IMG/VR virus record: IMGVR_UViG_2718218168_000001
Coordinates: 34,217 to 98,216 of that record
From: a virus
Taxonomy: Duplodnaviria; Heunggongvirae; Uroviricota; Caudoviricetes
DNA: 64,000 nucleotides
Reading direction: 5' to 3' (one strand)
Notes under the pieces: model-generated
What the model saw: the letters and a program-made list of their open reading frames with translations, nothing else
Told to the model about the DNA's origin: nothing
Databases searched by the model: none
Part shown: piece by piece, positions 23,322 through 33,332 of the stretch
How the letters are laid out: every line of letters starts with the position of its first letter
Numbering within the stretch: the first letter of the stretch is position 1
Made by a program: the position numbers and the translations under genes

Positions 23322-24170
23322 TGGTTATCCCTCAATAAAAGTGACATATTTATTAGATTGCGGTGCCGGGTTCCTCCCGGTGTCCTTTGGCTGGTTATCC
23401 ACCGTGGACGTGGAAACAAGGAGAAATAATGGACAGATATAACCATTTCCCCGCGTGCGCTTAGCCGCATTCACCGCAACGGAAAGAGCATTCTTGGTGG
23501 ACCTGTAGATTGGGATATGAACCCGTTACAGGAGAATGCTCTTACCTGTTACGTGCTCCGTTTCGTGGAGCTAACGGCGGGTGATCGGGCCGCACCAGAC
23601 TGGACTTATTTCAGCGTTATGCTCATGCCAGAGAATCAAACTGTGATGGTCGGTGCTGAACTCCAACACAGGGTTGTAGCAAGCCCCGCAAAGCGCGCAC
23701 TACTGTAGTTGCGGCACATCAGCCTGTGCATTCACCACAATGTTGAGAACACTGGTTGTCACGCTGCAACGCAACATTTATTCGTAGATTGGGATATGAC
23801 CCCGTTACGCCAGTGTTCTCAACGTTGTAGTGCCGGTTACGGTTCCGGCCAGGCCTCTTCCTCAACGGGGTGTTCTCCATACGGACTACCGTTTATTGGT
23901 CGTTCCTGCGGTTTATGTTGTGAAGCCAGATGCTTATCTTCTGGTTGCTTCAAAGAGCTGCACTTCATCACAACGGTAAGAGCACTCGATGCATTTAAGC
24001 CAAGCCCCATAAGGGAGAATGCCCTTACCTGTTGTGTTGTGATGACCGGTGCTGATCTCCGGCTTGCGGTTATTTCAGACTCTCACGGGCGTTTAATTGC
24101 CCCGCCGAACAGCTCTTTTCCGCAATAGCTGCAATGTCTTTCGCGCATCAGCCTGCGCATTCATCACAAC

Positions 24171-24244
24171 GGTAAGGGTACTTCGTAGGGATTCGAACCC
24201 TCTGCCAAGCTCGGCGATCTCCGACGTCGCAAAATACCCTTACC
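24171..24244 (-). other. tRNA-like hairpin element (probable tRNA remnant)
   Basis: 10-bp inverted repeat ggtaagggta / tacccttacc enclosing a canonical T-arm (GGTTCGAATCC on the minus strand); no intact acceptor stem. Confidence 0.3.
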
Positions 24245-24252
24245 TGTTGTGC

Positions 24253-24328
24253 TGGTGCCGATTAACGGACTCGAACCGCTGACATCCTGCTTACAAGGCA
24301 GGCGCTCTACCAACTGAGCTAAACCGGC
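24253..24328 (-). tRNA. tRNA-Thr (UGU)
   Basis: GCCGGTTTAGCTCAGTTGGTAGAGC...CTTGTAA...GGTTCGAGTCC...CACCA, 76 nt. Confidence 0.85.
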
Positions 24329-24330
24329 AT

Positions 24331-24406
24331 TGGCGATGGTGGATGGATTTGAACCATCGACCCGTTGATTAACAGTCAACCGCTCTAACCGCTGAGCTAC
24401 ACCATC
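24331..24406 (-). tRNA. tRNA-Asn (GUU)
   Basis: GATGGTGTAGCTCAGCGGTTAGAGC...CTGTTAA...GGTTCAAATCC...CGCCA, 76 nt. Confidence 0.85.
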
Positions 24407-25071
24407 ACTTGCCGGGTACGTCTCCGGCGAGGGCTTCCACCTCCGTATGCTTTTCGGCGCACCGCGCCCTGGCTGCAATTCGGTAACAGGGGATGCACAA
24501 CCCTGGCTTCCAGCGTGATTAGCGCCTTCAGCATGACGGGATATACCCGTAAATTCGTGGAACTGTACCCAAAGTGCTGTTAAGCACCGCTGTTACGCTG
24601 AAAAGAAAACGCAACAGGAAAGGACGCTGACCAACAGATGGCCCCTTCTCGTTCATCTGGTTAATCACACCAGCGCCCTTACCTGTTGTGCCTCCCCGTT
24701 CCCTAATACACAGACGGGGACACTCTGCGGTCGATTTTTTGACGGGGGACGACTCATACCCCGTGGCATCTGGCTTCTTAGGCCGCTACCATCATCAGAT
24801 CATCGTTTGCATTTACTTTAATGGCCAGTTTCTAAACCGCCGCAAAGTCGCTAACCATGACGAAAACCCTGAAAAAAACGCCCACCCGAAGATGGGCAAA
24901 CTGGAAGCTCGTAACGCACTTCGGCGTTGCCACTTAGGCGCATGGTCAACCTGGCAACTCGGTGGTTTGTCTGGGAGGACTAGGCCCAGCCATGCTTACC
25001 GCCGCGCCTGTCGCGGCTAACAGCTAAATCGCTCTATAAATCACGATTCATTGAGGTGATATTACACTAAT

Positions 25072-25088
25072 AAATTTATTAGAGCAAT
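25072..25088. promoter_or_regulatory. C1 operator, 17/17 to AAATTTATTAGAGCAAT
   Basis: perfect match overlapping the dmt stop codon, upstream of the tRNA-ban operon. Confidence 0.6.
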
Positions 25089-28000
25089 ATACCCAAAACG
25101 TCATGAGCTACACCTCGAGTGTCCCCCTTACAAGACACAGAACGTCTGGCAAAAAGAGGTTCCACTCTGAAGCCACTGTCATGATAAAGCTCTCTGATGT
25201 TTGGCGCGCCACTGTTAGTAATGAGAACCTTTGCACCTCGACGATGAGCATCCGTCAACAGAGACACCAGGCGTTTTTGCTCTTCAAACTTAAAGTCATG
25301 ACCGGAATAGTTCGTGAATCCCTCTGTATTTGGAAGCGGTTCATACGGCGGATCGCAAAAGATGACATCTCCTTCTCCGGCAGCTTCAATCACCGCTGCA
25401 AAATCACCGCATACAAACTCAGACCGCCCTTCCGCACCGAGGAAGGCTTCCATCTCCTGTAATGGGAAATACGGAGTTTTATACTTCCCATAACCGACAT
25501 TGAACTCACCGGCCTGGTTGTAACGCGTCAATCCGTTAAAACAATGTCGGTTCAGGAACAAAAACGCCGCTGCGCGATGTAAATCATCATAGACTTGTTT
25601 GTTAAACGCATTCCGTACTGCCAGGTATCCTTCCTGTGTGTTGTAGTCCTGGAAGAAACGATGTGCCAGAGTGATAAGTGAATGCGCCTCGCGTTGCAGA
25701 GTCTTGTAAAAGTTAATCAGGTCAGCATTCACATCATTTAGCAGATTTTCCTGGTATCCGGCATTCATGAAGACAGCTCCGCCACCAACGAAAGGTTCAA
25801 TCAGGCGCTTCCCTTCTGGCAAATAGCGAAAGATTTGTTCCAGAACACCAAATTTTCCACCAGCCCATTTGAATATGGACCGTTCGAATTCTGTCGCTGG
25901 TTTAACTTTTCGCTCTTTTGTTTCACTTCCTTCTTTCTGCCGACATACGGCCTTAGTAATCCGATCGCCAATCCAGCGCATTACTGGTATTGCCATACTA
26001 TTGCCGATCGCTTTGTAACGCGGTCCGTCAGCTGCAAGCATCGCGGCCTCTTCTTCGCTTAAATCTGGATAGTGATTGCGGAGATATGCCAGTTCATCTG
26101 AATTAACTTTTTTACGCTTTTCCGTCGGGATCAACGTATGCCCATCAGGAAAACCTTGCAGCCTTTCACATTCGACAGGGGTAAGACGGCGGACAGCTAC
26201 TTCTGCGTTTCTTACTTCATAGCAAACAGCTGTTGGATTTTTAGCCATTAGAGATGGTGAAGTATTCTTAGTTGCAGCATGTTGTGTACCGCTCATACGC
26301 TCAGGAAAAGCCAATGTAACAAGATGCTCATGGCTTTCTTGCTCACGTGCCCGCAATGTACCATGCCCTTCTGACCAAAAACCTGCTCCTGTGCTGCTAA
26401 AAACGGCAAGGTCAGTGGCATCTTTAAAATCTCTTGCCTTTACTGTCGATGCGGTTTCATCGTCAATATATTCCCCAAATGCCGCCATCCTGAAACCGTT
26501 TACGGCTTTCGTCGATTTCATACCGGGAGACATGCCAGCGTGTAGGCATGGATTTAGGCTTTCGCCACTGATTGCAGCGCCATTTGCAATAATGGCGGAA
26601 GCGATTTCCTTCTTTTTTCGGCTCGGCGCAATATTCCGGCGCACGCCTTCGAACTCAAAAAGTACCGTTGCGGGATCGAGGTCTGTTCGAGCACTTGCGA
26701 CAACAAACACGCGTCGGCGTCGTTGTGCCACTCCGAAGTATTGGGCATCAAGGATTCTCCAGGCCACCTTTCGCTGCGGTCCATAAATACAACCACACTG
26801 CGGCCACTTTGGAACATGGCAACCGGTTTTGCCATCCCACCGCCAGAACGCGTTGCTTTTTCCTGATTCAGGTCGATCACCTGGTTCAAATGGCACATCT
26901 TCTCCAGCCAATCCGGCAAGGAAACATCCGAAGGCGTTATCTGCCAATGACAAGACTCCTGGGACATTTTCCCAGACGATAACGGCTGGTTTGAGAAATG
27001 ACTCAGCCCGTTTGTCGTCAATTGCATTTGCAAGCTCCACATACTTTAAAGTTAGCGCGCCACGCTCATCATCAAGCCCACCACGTAATCCCGCGATACT
27101 GAATGCCTGACAGTTATGGACCACCGCACCATTGAGGATATAGGAATGATCACCTTCGACTTCTATGTTGTATACAGTATCTAGGCCTACCGATTTAAAC
27201 TCTTTGACTGTTCGTAAAAGCATTCCATGAGCCAATCTTGATTTACGTGACAATTTCTGCGGGCAGATTGTTACCTGATAATAATCCCGTTGATTTACCA
27301 CGCGATCCTCGATCACTTTTTTGGGCTCAACTTCAATAAAGCTGACCGAAGAAACATAACCACAAGTCTGTGACAACCCCGCAACGCCCCAAGCAAGCGC
27401 AGGACTAACACTATTAATTCTAAATCCCGCTTTACCACTTGGTGTCCCATCAGTATCAAGATAGCCTTGTAAAAACACATGACGCAATGGATGCGACATC
27501 ACCCATGCAGGGATACGTTTAGCATGGCTTAACTCGCCAAAATGTTCATTAAGCCAATTGGCATAACACGTATCATTCAAGGTTACTTTGATGCTCCCTC
27601 GGATTTCGCTTGCCACGGAAAACATGTTTTCTGGTATGTGGCAATGAAACTTTCTCAATTTCTGGCAATTTATGCCAAAAACAACCGCCTTCTTAGATTT
27701 ACCTCTCCATCTCCTAATATATCCATCGCCTACATAAGCGCCCGCAAGATACATAGCCTGTTCTTCAGACAAGAACCGAGAACAAATATCTGGAGATGCA
27801 ATATTGAAATTAGTTAGAGCGCACCATTGATATCCCGGCATATCACATGCTGCTCGCCATTCCGGTTCAGACAACAACTCTCTCTTAAAATATGTGCCAT
27901 TTTTCCGGGTGTTTTGGGCTTTCCACCGAACAGCCAGGAAGGGATGGTCATTGGTTGTTCTTATACCTAAAGGCTGCCCAACGGCATTAAGTAACCCCGT

Positions 28001-28366
28001 ATTAGCTATTTTTGAACCAACTCTTTTTACTTGTTGTAACCGCCCGAGATGACTGACTACGTAATCGCCAGGGCAAACATCTTCTATTGGTTTATAACCA
28101 TTTTTACAAAGAACCATATGCCCCGCGGTAAAACATGGTGTTCCCCCGACGAGCACGTCAGGGGATTCGATTTCCCCAGCCAAGACTTTTTTGGCAAGTT
28201 TTGTCATGTCGCCAAGGTTGGCGACATGGGGCCAGCGGAGCGCAAGAACGGCAGATGGAAAAGGCTCGATTTCAGCAAACCACGCCGGACGCATACCCAA
28301 CGGTTCCCAGGCAATACTCGCGGCTTCAATTCCACTGCAAACAGATCCGTAGCACAGCTCTTTCAC
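25079..28366 (-). CDS. dmt: bifunctional DNA methyltransferase (N-terminal C5-cytosine MTase, C-terminal Dam-like N6-adenine MTase) interrupted by an intein
   Basis: C5 motifs: SVCSGIEA (I), GGTP|CQAFS (IV, split by the insert), VWENVPG (VI), QRRRRVFVV (VIII); Dam motifs [18 protein letters not shown]; GTG start overlaps the hrdC stop; 754 aa without the insert. Confidence 0.85.
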   Translation of the reverse strand: MKELCYGSVCSGIEAASIAWEPLGMRPAWFAEIEPFPSAVLALRWPHVANLGDMTKLAKKVLAGEIESPDVLVGGTPCFTAGHMVLCKNGYKPIEDVCPGDYVVSHLGRLQQVKRVGSKIANTGLLNAVGQPLGIRTTNDHPFLAVRWKAQNTRKNGTYFKRELLSEPEWRAACDMPGYQWCALTNFNIASPDICSRFLSEEQAMYLAGAYVGDGYIRRWRGKSKKAVVFGINCQKLRKFHCHIPENMFSVASEIRGSIKVTLNDTCYANWLNEHFGELSHAKRIPAWVMSHPLRHVFLQGYLDTDGTPSGKAGFRINSVSPALAWGVAGLSQTCGYVSSVSFIEVEPKKVIEDRVVNQRDYYQVTICPQKLSRKSRLAHGMLLRTVKEFKSVGLDTVYNIEVEGDHSYILNGAVVHNCQAFSIAGLRGGLDDERGALTLKYVELANAIDDKRAESFLKPAVIVWENVPGVLSLADNAFGCFLAGLAGEDVPFEPGDRPESGKSNAFWRWDGKTGCHVPKWPQCGCIYGPQRKVAWRILDAQYFGVAQRRRRVFVVASARTDLDPATVLFEFEGVRRNIAPSRKKKEIASAIIANGAAISGESLNPCLHAGMSPGMKSTKAVNGFRMAAFGEYIDDETASTVKARDFKDATDLAVFSSTGAGFWSEGHGTLRAREQESHEHLVTLAFPERMSGTQHAATKNTSPSLMAKNPTAVCYEVRNAEVAVRRLTPVECERLQGFPDGHTLIPTEKRKKVNSDELAYLRNHYPDLSEEEAAMLAADGPRYKAIGNSMAIPVMRWIGDRITKAVCRQKEGSETKERKVKPATEFERSIFKWAGGKFGVLEQIFRYLPEGKRLIEPFVGGGAVFMNAGYQENLLNDVNADLINFYKTLQREAHSLITLAHRFFQDYNTQEGYLAVRNAFNKQVYDDLHRAAAFLFLNRHCFNGLTRYNQAGEFNVGYGKYKTPYFPLQEMEAFLGAEGRSEFVCGDFAAVIEAAGEGDVIFCDPPYEPLPNTEGFTNYSGHDFKFEEQKRLVSLLTDAHRRGAKVLITNSGAPNIRELYHDSGFRVEPLFARRSVSCKGDTRGVAHDVLGILL
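27113..28135 (-). other. intein with LAGLIDADG homing-endonuclease domain (341 aa) inside dmt
   Basis: starts Cys ([10 protein letters not shown]), block [16 protein letters not shown] and LQGYLDTDG motifs, ends ...ILNGAVVHN followed by +1 Cys that completes the PCQ catalytic motif. Confidence 0.8.
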
Positions 28367-29268
28367 TGCTTAGCCTCTCCGCCAAGGGCATTTACCAGAG
28401 CATCAACCAGGCACGAAATTTCACTGGTCAACAGGAAGAAATCTGCGTCCAGTCGCTGCGCAACATCTTCACTATCAATATCAGCGTTCTGCTCAAGCAA
28501 TTCATCCGCAAATTTGACGCTGGTAAGGCTGAAGTTATGGTCCAGTGTAAATTTAATGCGGTTCTGCCAGTCGAGTGCCAACTTAGTGACGAGCTTGCCA
28601 GCTTCCAGGTGTGTGGATATTTCATCACTTCCCAAGTCCTGCTTTTTCACTCGGGCAATACCGCCATCCTCAAGCACTGCCTTAAGTTCTGCCGCATCCC
28701 CCATTTGAAATCCCTGCGGAGCACTACCATCACGCACCCAGTCGGTCAGCGTTAACTCAATTTGATTTTCAACACTTAGGGGCACAACAGGAAGAGAACC
28801 CAGAGATTTACGCATAAGCGCGAGCATATCCTCTGCCTGTCGCGCGCTGGCATTGATATAGATACGTTTAGTTGAACCGTCGTAGATCGCCTGGATAACA
28901 GAAAACTTTGAAAAAGCCCGTGGCAGAAGAGAATGCAGAACTTCGTCTTTCAGGGAGTCCTTCTCTGTTTTCTTCAGTTTACGCGCTTGTTCTTGCTCAA
29001 GTTTTTCAATTTTTTCTTGAATAGCTCGCTGGATAACCGGCGGGGGAAGAATTTTTGTTTCGCGCTTTGCTTCAACAAGGATAAAACCATTTCCATGCAT
29101 AGCGATAACTTCGGAATTATCACCAAATGGAGATACAAAACCGAACTTGGCCATATCCTGACTACCGCATGGCGTGAAAAGGATCATTTTCTTTTTATCT
29201 TCTAAGTCGGTCAGATCCGCCTCACGAGAAAGTTTATAAATAGTAATGTTTTTCCAGTGCTTAAACAT
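28363..29268 (-). CDS. hrdC: RdgC-like recombination-associated protein
   Basis: start at internal Met ([16 protein letters not shown]...); strong similarity along the whole length to E. coli RdgC as recalled. Confidence 0.85.
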   Translation of the reverse strand: MFKHWKNITIYKLSREADLTDLEDKKKMILFTPCGSQDMAKFGFVSPFGDNSEVIAMHGNGFILVEAKRETKILPPPVIQRAIQEKIEKLEQEQARKLKKTEKDSLKDEVLHSLLPRAFSKFSVIQAIYDGSTKRIYINASARQAEDMLALMRKSLGSLPVVPLSVENQIELTLTDWVRDGSAPQGFQMGDAAELKAVLEDGGIARVKKQDLGSDEISTHLEAGKLVTKLALDWQNRIKFTLDHNFSLTSVKFADELLEQNADIDSEDVAQRLDADFFLLTSEISCLVDALVNALGGEAKQ

Positions 29269-29617
29269 GTTGTAACCCTTGAATATCAACCACAGAAAGC
29301 TCGTCTTTGTAGAAAAATGCCAGGTTGTGGCACCCCCTCGTTTGAGCGTATGAGCTGGGACCAATTTCGTTCTTCCAGACAAATGGCTTCAAATCCGTAC
29401 GGCGAAGCATAAAAACGCGATTTGTTCCGCTCTGATTCCCAATGAGGCAAAAGCCTTCTTTCACCTTGATAGCCTGCAAGTTGTCGAGTTCACCGCTGGT
29501 TACACGGCTATCGAACTCTTTGCGACTTATTAGCTCCATCTGCATCTGACGACTCCAAACAAATACCCATTGAAGGGCGATGGCTGAATGGTACCGAAAA
29601 CAAGACATAAAAAACAA
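29261..29617 (-). CDS. hypothetical protein upstream of hrdC
   Basis: 118-aa ORF (probable start MQMELISRK...); stop adjacent to the hrdC start. Confidence 0.45.
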   Translation of the reverse strand: MFFMSCFRYHSAIALQWVFVWSRQMQMELISRKEFDSRVTSGELDNLQAIKVKEGFCLIGNQSGTNRVFMLRRTDLKPFVWKNEIGPSSYAQTRGCHNLAFFYKDELSVVDIQGLQHV

Positions 29618-29633
29618 TATTTATTAGGGCAAT
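29617..29633. promoter_or_regulatory. C1 operator-like 17-mer (15/17)
   Basis: atatttattagggcaat in the divergent intergenic region. Confidence 0.5.
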
Positions 29634-29713
29634 TATGCAATAGTTGACGCCATGTAGACCACAAGTAACCTAAGTTAAAATAAAGAAAACCAGAGCAAAT
29701 TATTGGTGATGCC

Positions 29714-29998
29714 GTGGCAAGTATTGCAACAAAAGACAGCATTTGTTCGGGGCACGGAGGATTCCCATCCAGGCCTCCTGTAGAGAGTGAACCACTACTT
29801 AAAGTCAACGGAGTCGAAGTGTTAGTTGATGGTAAGCAATATGCACAGCATACCGATGGAAACAGTACGCACGGTGGGCAAGCTATATCAACCAGGGCAT
29901 GGTTTACCGTCAATAGTAAAGGGATCGTATGCGTTGGTGACCCTGTTTCATGCGGATCTACCGTAGCGTCCGGAGACGGCCTGGTTCAGGTAAGTTAG
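29714..29998 (+). CDS. PAAR-like small protein (GTG start)
   Basis: 94 aa; CSGHGG ... HTDGNSTHGG ... VCVGDPVSCGSTVASG resembles PAAR spike-tip repeats. Confidence 0.4.
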   Translation: MASIATKDSICSGHGGFPSRPPVESEPLLKVNGVEVLVDGKQYAQHTDGNSTHGGQAISTRAWFTVNSKGIVCVGDPVSCGSTVASGDGLVQVS

Positions 29999-30006
29999 GA
30001 GATATC

Positions 30007-30795
30007 ATGCTGGAAAAAGACTACCAGTTATCCGCATATAAAAAATTGGCCGCCGCCGGTGGGATGAAAACACCTGGTGCCATAACATCGGCACGAAACT
30101 GTGCTAACACAGCAAAACTGCTTGCAGAAGAATTGACCGGATTAATTCTGGATACAATTGTCTATCCCGACACTATTACCTGCTATGTTTCAACGATAAG
30201 AACAACCACAACCGGCTTAACGAACATTGGAGAACTGGCAACTAAGCACGCGGACCTGTTGGCTGGTTATGCAGATCTGTCAATGCTGCTTCAACTCGAT
30301 ATTGGTTGGGATGTTTACTGCCGTGCTAATGAGCGAGAAGTTTCAGAACTGCCGATCTCTATTGCCATTGGTGATGTGAATATTACTAAATCGCTTGAGG
30401 ACGCTGTTAACGCGCTTAATACATCAAGTTTAGTCGCTGCTATGGGGGAGATTAACCAGACCCTTAACACTGGCTCAGTAAGCTCGTCAGGCTCTGGTTC
30501 AGGCGGCGGCACTGCCACTCCCCCACCAACACTAACAGAAGAGCAAATTGAATCTCTGAAAGTAGCAACTGAACAGTTTGGGGTTGTTTTCAACCAGACA
30601 ACAGCGCCCACAACTGCGTTACAACAGCAGTATGAACGAGCGAATGAAAGCGCCAACGTAGCCATAACTGCTTATGGCCATGCTATCGGTACCGCGCTTG
30701 CGGAAGCATCAGCAAATAAGGCCAGCACAGCCAGCGCAGTTGCTGCTTTGGTTCCTGATTCTGTTCTTGATGAATTAAACAAAGCGGCACAGTAA
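30007..30795 (+). CDS. hypothetical protein with Gly/Ser/Thr-rich linker
   Basis: ATG at 30007 preceded by aggag; 262 aa. Confidence 0.55.
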   Translation: MLEKDYQLSAYKKLAAAGGMKTPGAITSARNCANTAKLLAEELTGLILDTIVYPDTITCYVSTIRTTTTGLTNIGELATKHADLLAGYADLSMLLQLDIGWDVYCRANEREVSELPISIAIGDVNITKSLEDAVNALNTSSLVAAMGEINQTLNTGSVSSSGSGSGGGTATPPPTLTEEQIESLKVATEQFGVVFNQTTAPTTALQQQYERANESANVAITAYGHAIGTALAEASANKASTASAVAALVPDSVLDELNKAAQ

Positions 30796-30834
30796 CAAAG
30801 GACTTCATTGATAATTTTTCTTCAGGAGGAAGAC

Positions 30835-31251
30835 ATGTCATTCTTTTCTACGTTAAAAACAGCTTTGTCTTTGAAGGAGAAACTTGCTGCTACTGGTGTT
30901 CTTGTTCTGATTTGCGCACTTGTTGGTGCTGGGTTTGCATGGGAACGTCATCAGCTAAAGCAAGCCATAGAGAAAATTGGCAGTCTTGATCAGGCTGTTA
31001 AGGAACGTGATAAGTCAATAATGGATCTTAACCAGACCATTGAGACGATGAACAAAGCAGAGCAACATTTTCACAGCCAGGAAGTGAAAAATGAATCAGA
31101 GCAAGCCAAGTATGCTGACAGGCAAATGGAACGAAAAGCTGAAGTTCAGAAACAACTGGTTGCGGCGGGTAATGTTCGCCAGCGCATTCCTGCTGACACT
31201 CAGCGGTTGCTCCGGGAGTCGATCAGCGAATTTAACGCCGACAAAGGTTAA
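30835..31251 (+). CDS. Rz-like inner-membrane spanin candidate
   Basis: ATG at 30835 after aggagga; N-terminal TM helix then coiled-coil periplasmic domain. Confidence 0.5.
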   Translation: MSFFSTLKTALSLKEKLAATGVLVLICALVGAGFAWERHQLKQAIEKIGSLDQAVKERDKSIMDLNQTIETMNKAEQHFHSQEVKNESEQAKYADRQMERKAEVQKQLVAAGNVRQRIPADTQRLLRESISEFNADKG

Positions 31252-31417
31252 CCACCCTGCCCCCAAAAGTGCATTTATGTGCAGGATGCCGGAGTTTAGC
31301 AGTGAATATTTTGATGATCTGCCAGCGTATATCCTCGATACAGAAACGATGCTGATGGGGATTAACAGGAAGAATCGCAACGTTAATGATTACAACCGCG
31401 CTATCAGCGGTAACTAA
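31172..31417 (+). CDS. Rz1-like outer-membrane lipoprotein candidate, overlapping the Rz-like gene in another frame
   Basis: MFASAFLLTLSGCSG lipobox signal peptide; 81 aa; starts inside the 3' end of the Rz-like gene. Confidence 0.45.
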   Translation: MFASAFLLTLSGCSGSRSANLTPTKVNHPAPKSAFMCRMPEFSSEYFDDLPAYILDTETMLMGINRKNRNVNDYNRAISGN

Positions 31418-31428
31418 AAGGGATTTTT

Positions 31429-31821
31429 ATGTCTGATAAAGTAACAGTTAAGCAAACTATCAACAAAGCGACTTCAATCTACAAAATTGAGCACATCACT
31501 GTTGGCAAGCCAGGATCTGAACAATACCGTCATGCTTTCGAGCTTGCCGCTCAGCTTGGTTTAAAACACCCGGATTGCATTGAGCATGTATTTCCGACCT
31601 ATGCTGATGAGCAATGTACTCATGTTCTTACCGAAGAGGATTTTTTCAGCACTGAAGAACGAGAAGGCGTTGATCGCTGCATTGGTGTGATTTGCTCTTC
31701 AGTGAGTTATGAGTTATTCCCTAATGTCCATGAAAATGGTGGTATTGGATACCAATTCCTGTACGAAGGCGATGAGCTTAAATGTTATGAACATGGTCTT
31801 CTTATCGAAAGCGTAGAATAA
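31429..31821 (+). CDS. hypothetical protein
   Basis: 130-aa ORF followed by a terminator hairpin. Confidence 0.5.
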   Translation: MSDKVTVKQTINKATSIYKIEHITVGKPGSEQYRHAFELAAQLGLKHPDCIEHVFPTYADEQCTHVLTEEDFFSTEEREGVDRCIGVICSSVSYELFPNVHENGGIGYQFLYEGDELKCYEHGLLIESVE

Positions 31822-31826
31822 TACCC

Positions 31827-31858
31827 TTCCTTCCAACCGGCTATGTTGGCCGGTTTAT
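31827..31858 (+). terminator. intrinsic terminator
   Basis: aaccggc tatgttg gccggtt followed by tatt. Confidence 0.45.
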
Positions 31859-31863
31859 TCAAC

Positions 31864-31934
31864 TTATCCACAGCATAGATCCAATAAACAGATCCCAAAG
31901 AGAACCTAGGAAGATCCAAAGAAGATCCCGGATC
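31864..31934. promoter_or_regulatory. oriR accessory region: DnaA box plus five GATC sites
   Basis: TTATCCACA at 31864-31872; GATC at 31878, 31891, 31913, 31924 and 31931, mostly in AGATCC heptamers. Confidence 0.7.
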
Positions 31935-31975
31935 GCTGTAAGCCGCGCCGTTCATGGCCTGAAACGGGATCAACA

Positions 31976-32074
31976 TTGACTATACGCGATTTTATGTTGA
32001 CTGTGTGCGATTTTATGTTGACTGCACGCGATTTATTGTTGACTATACGCGACAGAAACGTTGACTGTACGCGA
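31976..32074. repeat. incC/oriR iterons: five direct repeats at about 21-bp spacing
   Basis: TTGACT(A/G)(T/C)(A/G)(C/T)GCGA at 31976, 31997, 32018, 32039 and 32061. Confidence 0.8.
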
Positions 32075-32155
32075 TTTTAGAGCCTGAATATTCACAGCTG
32101 TTGATAACAGTCATCTAAATTAACGCCAGGCCGCGCCACACATGGAGAAACCACG

Positions 32156-33040
32156 ATGCCGGAAGAAAGTAAAGGCTTCCTTAGCGTTGAAGAAGTTGCA
32201 GGAAATACAGGAGAAATCCACAGCCTGAAGCCCAATAACAACAGCACTATACAACCTATCGCTTTGTTGCGCTTAGGTGTGTTTGTGCCAACCTTAAAAT
32301 CTACCAATGTGGCACTACGTCGCGGATCGTCAGTTACTACAAACACAACGAACGCAACCGAAGAACTATCAAGCCTTAAAATTGTTGAGCAGGAAGGCTA
32401 TGAGGGAATTGAAATTCATGGCCCACGCCTGGATATGGATACTGATTTTAAGGTGTGGGTGGGCATAACCTCCGCGTTGTTTGACTACGCACCTGATGAT
32501 GACGGCATAATCACCCTGCCATTCTCCGAGTTTGCCGATCGATGCGGCTATCCACGTAAGCGCCTTTCAAAGGCGTTCCGTAAAAGTATTGATGACTCTC
32601 TGACACGCATTCAGCAGACAGTTGTCAAATTCCGCTTCCCGGCGGCAAAAGGTCATCTCAATAACATTAACGTCAACTTGTTGGCATATAGCAGCCTGAA
32701 TACCGAGCTTGATGTTATCGAGATCCAGCCGCAGAAACAGCTATCTGAACTTTACTATGTTGACTATAAGCGAATCCTGAAGCTGAAGATGCTGGATAAG
32801 CTCGGGCGCAAAGAGACGGCCAAGGTACTGTATACATTCTTTGAGGCTCTACCCGCCAACCCGGCACCTGTCAGCATTGAGCGCCTTAGAGCAAGGCTTA
32901 ATCTCAAATCATCCGTTAGCGTGCAAAATAGCGTTATCAGAAAAGCCATGAAAGATTTGGAAGCTATTGAATATCTTAAATTTTCAGAAATAAAAAACGG
33001 CAGGAAAATCGGCTTCCAGATCCATAAGCGCAATCCATAA
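32156..33040 (+). CDS. repA: plasmid replication initiator RepA (P1 RepA family)
   Basis: 294 aa; similarity to P1 RepA as recalled (LRLGVFVP, GPRLDMDTDFKVW); flanked by iterons. Confidence 0.85.
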   Translation: MPEESKGFLSVEEVAGNTGEIHSLKPNNNSTIQPIALLRLGVFVPTLKSTNVALRRGSSVTTNTTNATEELSSLKIVEQEGYEGIEIHGPRLDMDTDFKVWVGITSALFDYAPDDDGIITLPFSEFADRCGYPRKRLSKAFRKSIDDSLTRIQQTVVKFRFPAAKGHLNNINVNLLAYSSLNTELDVIEIQPQKQLSELYYVDYKRILKLKMLDKLGRKETAKVLYTFFEALPANPAPVSIERLRARLNLKSSVSVQNSVIRKAMKDLEAIEYLKFSEIKNGRKIGFQIHKRNP

Positions 33041-33042
33041 TA

Positions 33043-33297
33043 TTGACTATATGCGATAGCGAGAAGTTGACTATAGGCGACATTCGTTGACGCTGGTGGA
33101 TTTTTGCTGGCGTCAATATTCTGCAAGTCGCTATTGAGATGGCTTTTAGGGTCATTTCATCGCGTATAGTCAACGTTTCTCCCGACAATATCTTACATAG
33201 TCGATCTTTGGTGGAGTTAAATCGACTACAGTCAACTTTTGACTGTAGTCACATCGCGCATAGTCAACTATTCACATTAACTTTCGCGCATAGTCAA
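33043..33297. repeat. incA copy-control iterons (at least 8 copies, both orientations)
   Basis: ttgactatatgcga, ttgactataggcga, tcgcgtatagtcaa, tcgactacagtcaa, ttgactgtagtcac, tcgcgcatagtcaa twice, and others. Confidence 0.75.
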
Positions 33298-33332
33298 CAT
33301 TTGCGCGGTTCTCATCAAGCAGTGGTATTGAT

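Noticed and set aside
23340-23362. C1 operator-like site upstream of the TerB-like gene
   Set aside because: Only the TTTATTAGA core matches (about 11/17).
24164-24478. 104-aa minus-strand ORF
   Set aside because: It reads directly through the tRNA-Asn and tRNA-Thr genes and the tRNA-like hairpin; the translation is the typical artefact of translating tRNA sequence.
24688-25020. 110-aa plus-strand ORF in the dmt-tRNA leader
   Set aside because: Antisense to the surrounding operon, no start context, Arg/Gly-rich low-complexity translation; more likely structured non-coding sequence.
28049-28755. Two roughly 200-aa plus-strand ORFs across the dmt/hrdC junction
   Set aside because: Antisense to the dmt N-terminus and the hrdC C-terminus, both supported by strong motifs.
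31976-33300. Possible CRISPR array suggested by short direct repeats
   Set aside because: Repeats are about 14-19 bp at 21-bp spacing with no unique spacers, they flank repA, and some are inverted: these are plasmid iterons, not CRISPR.
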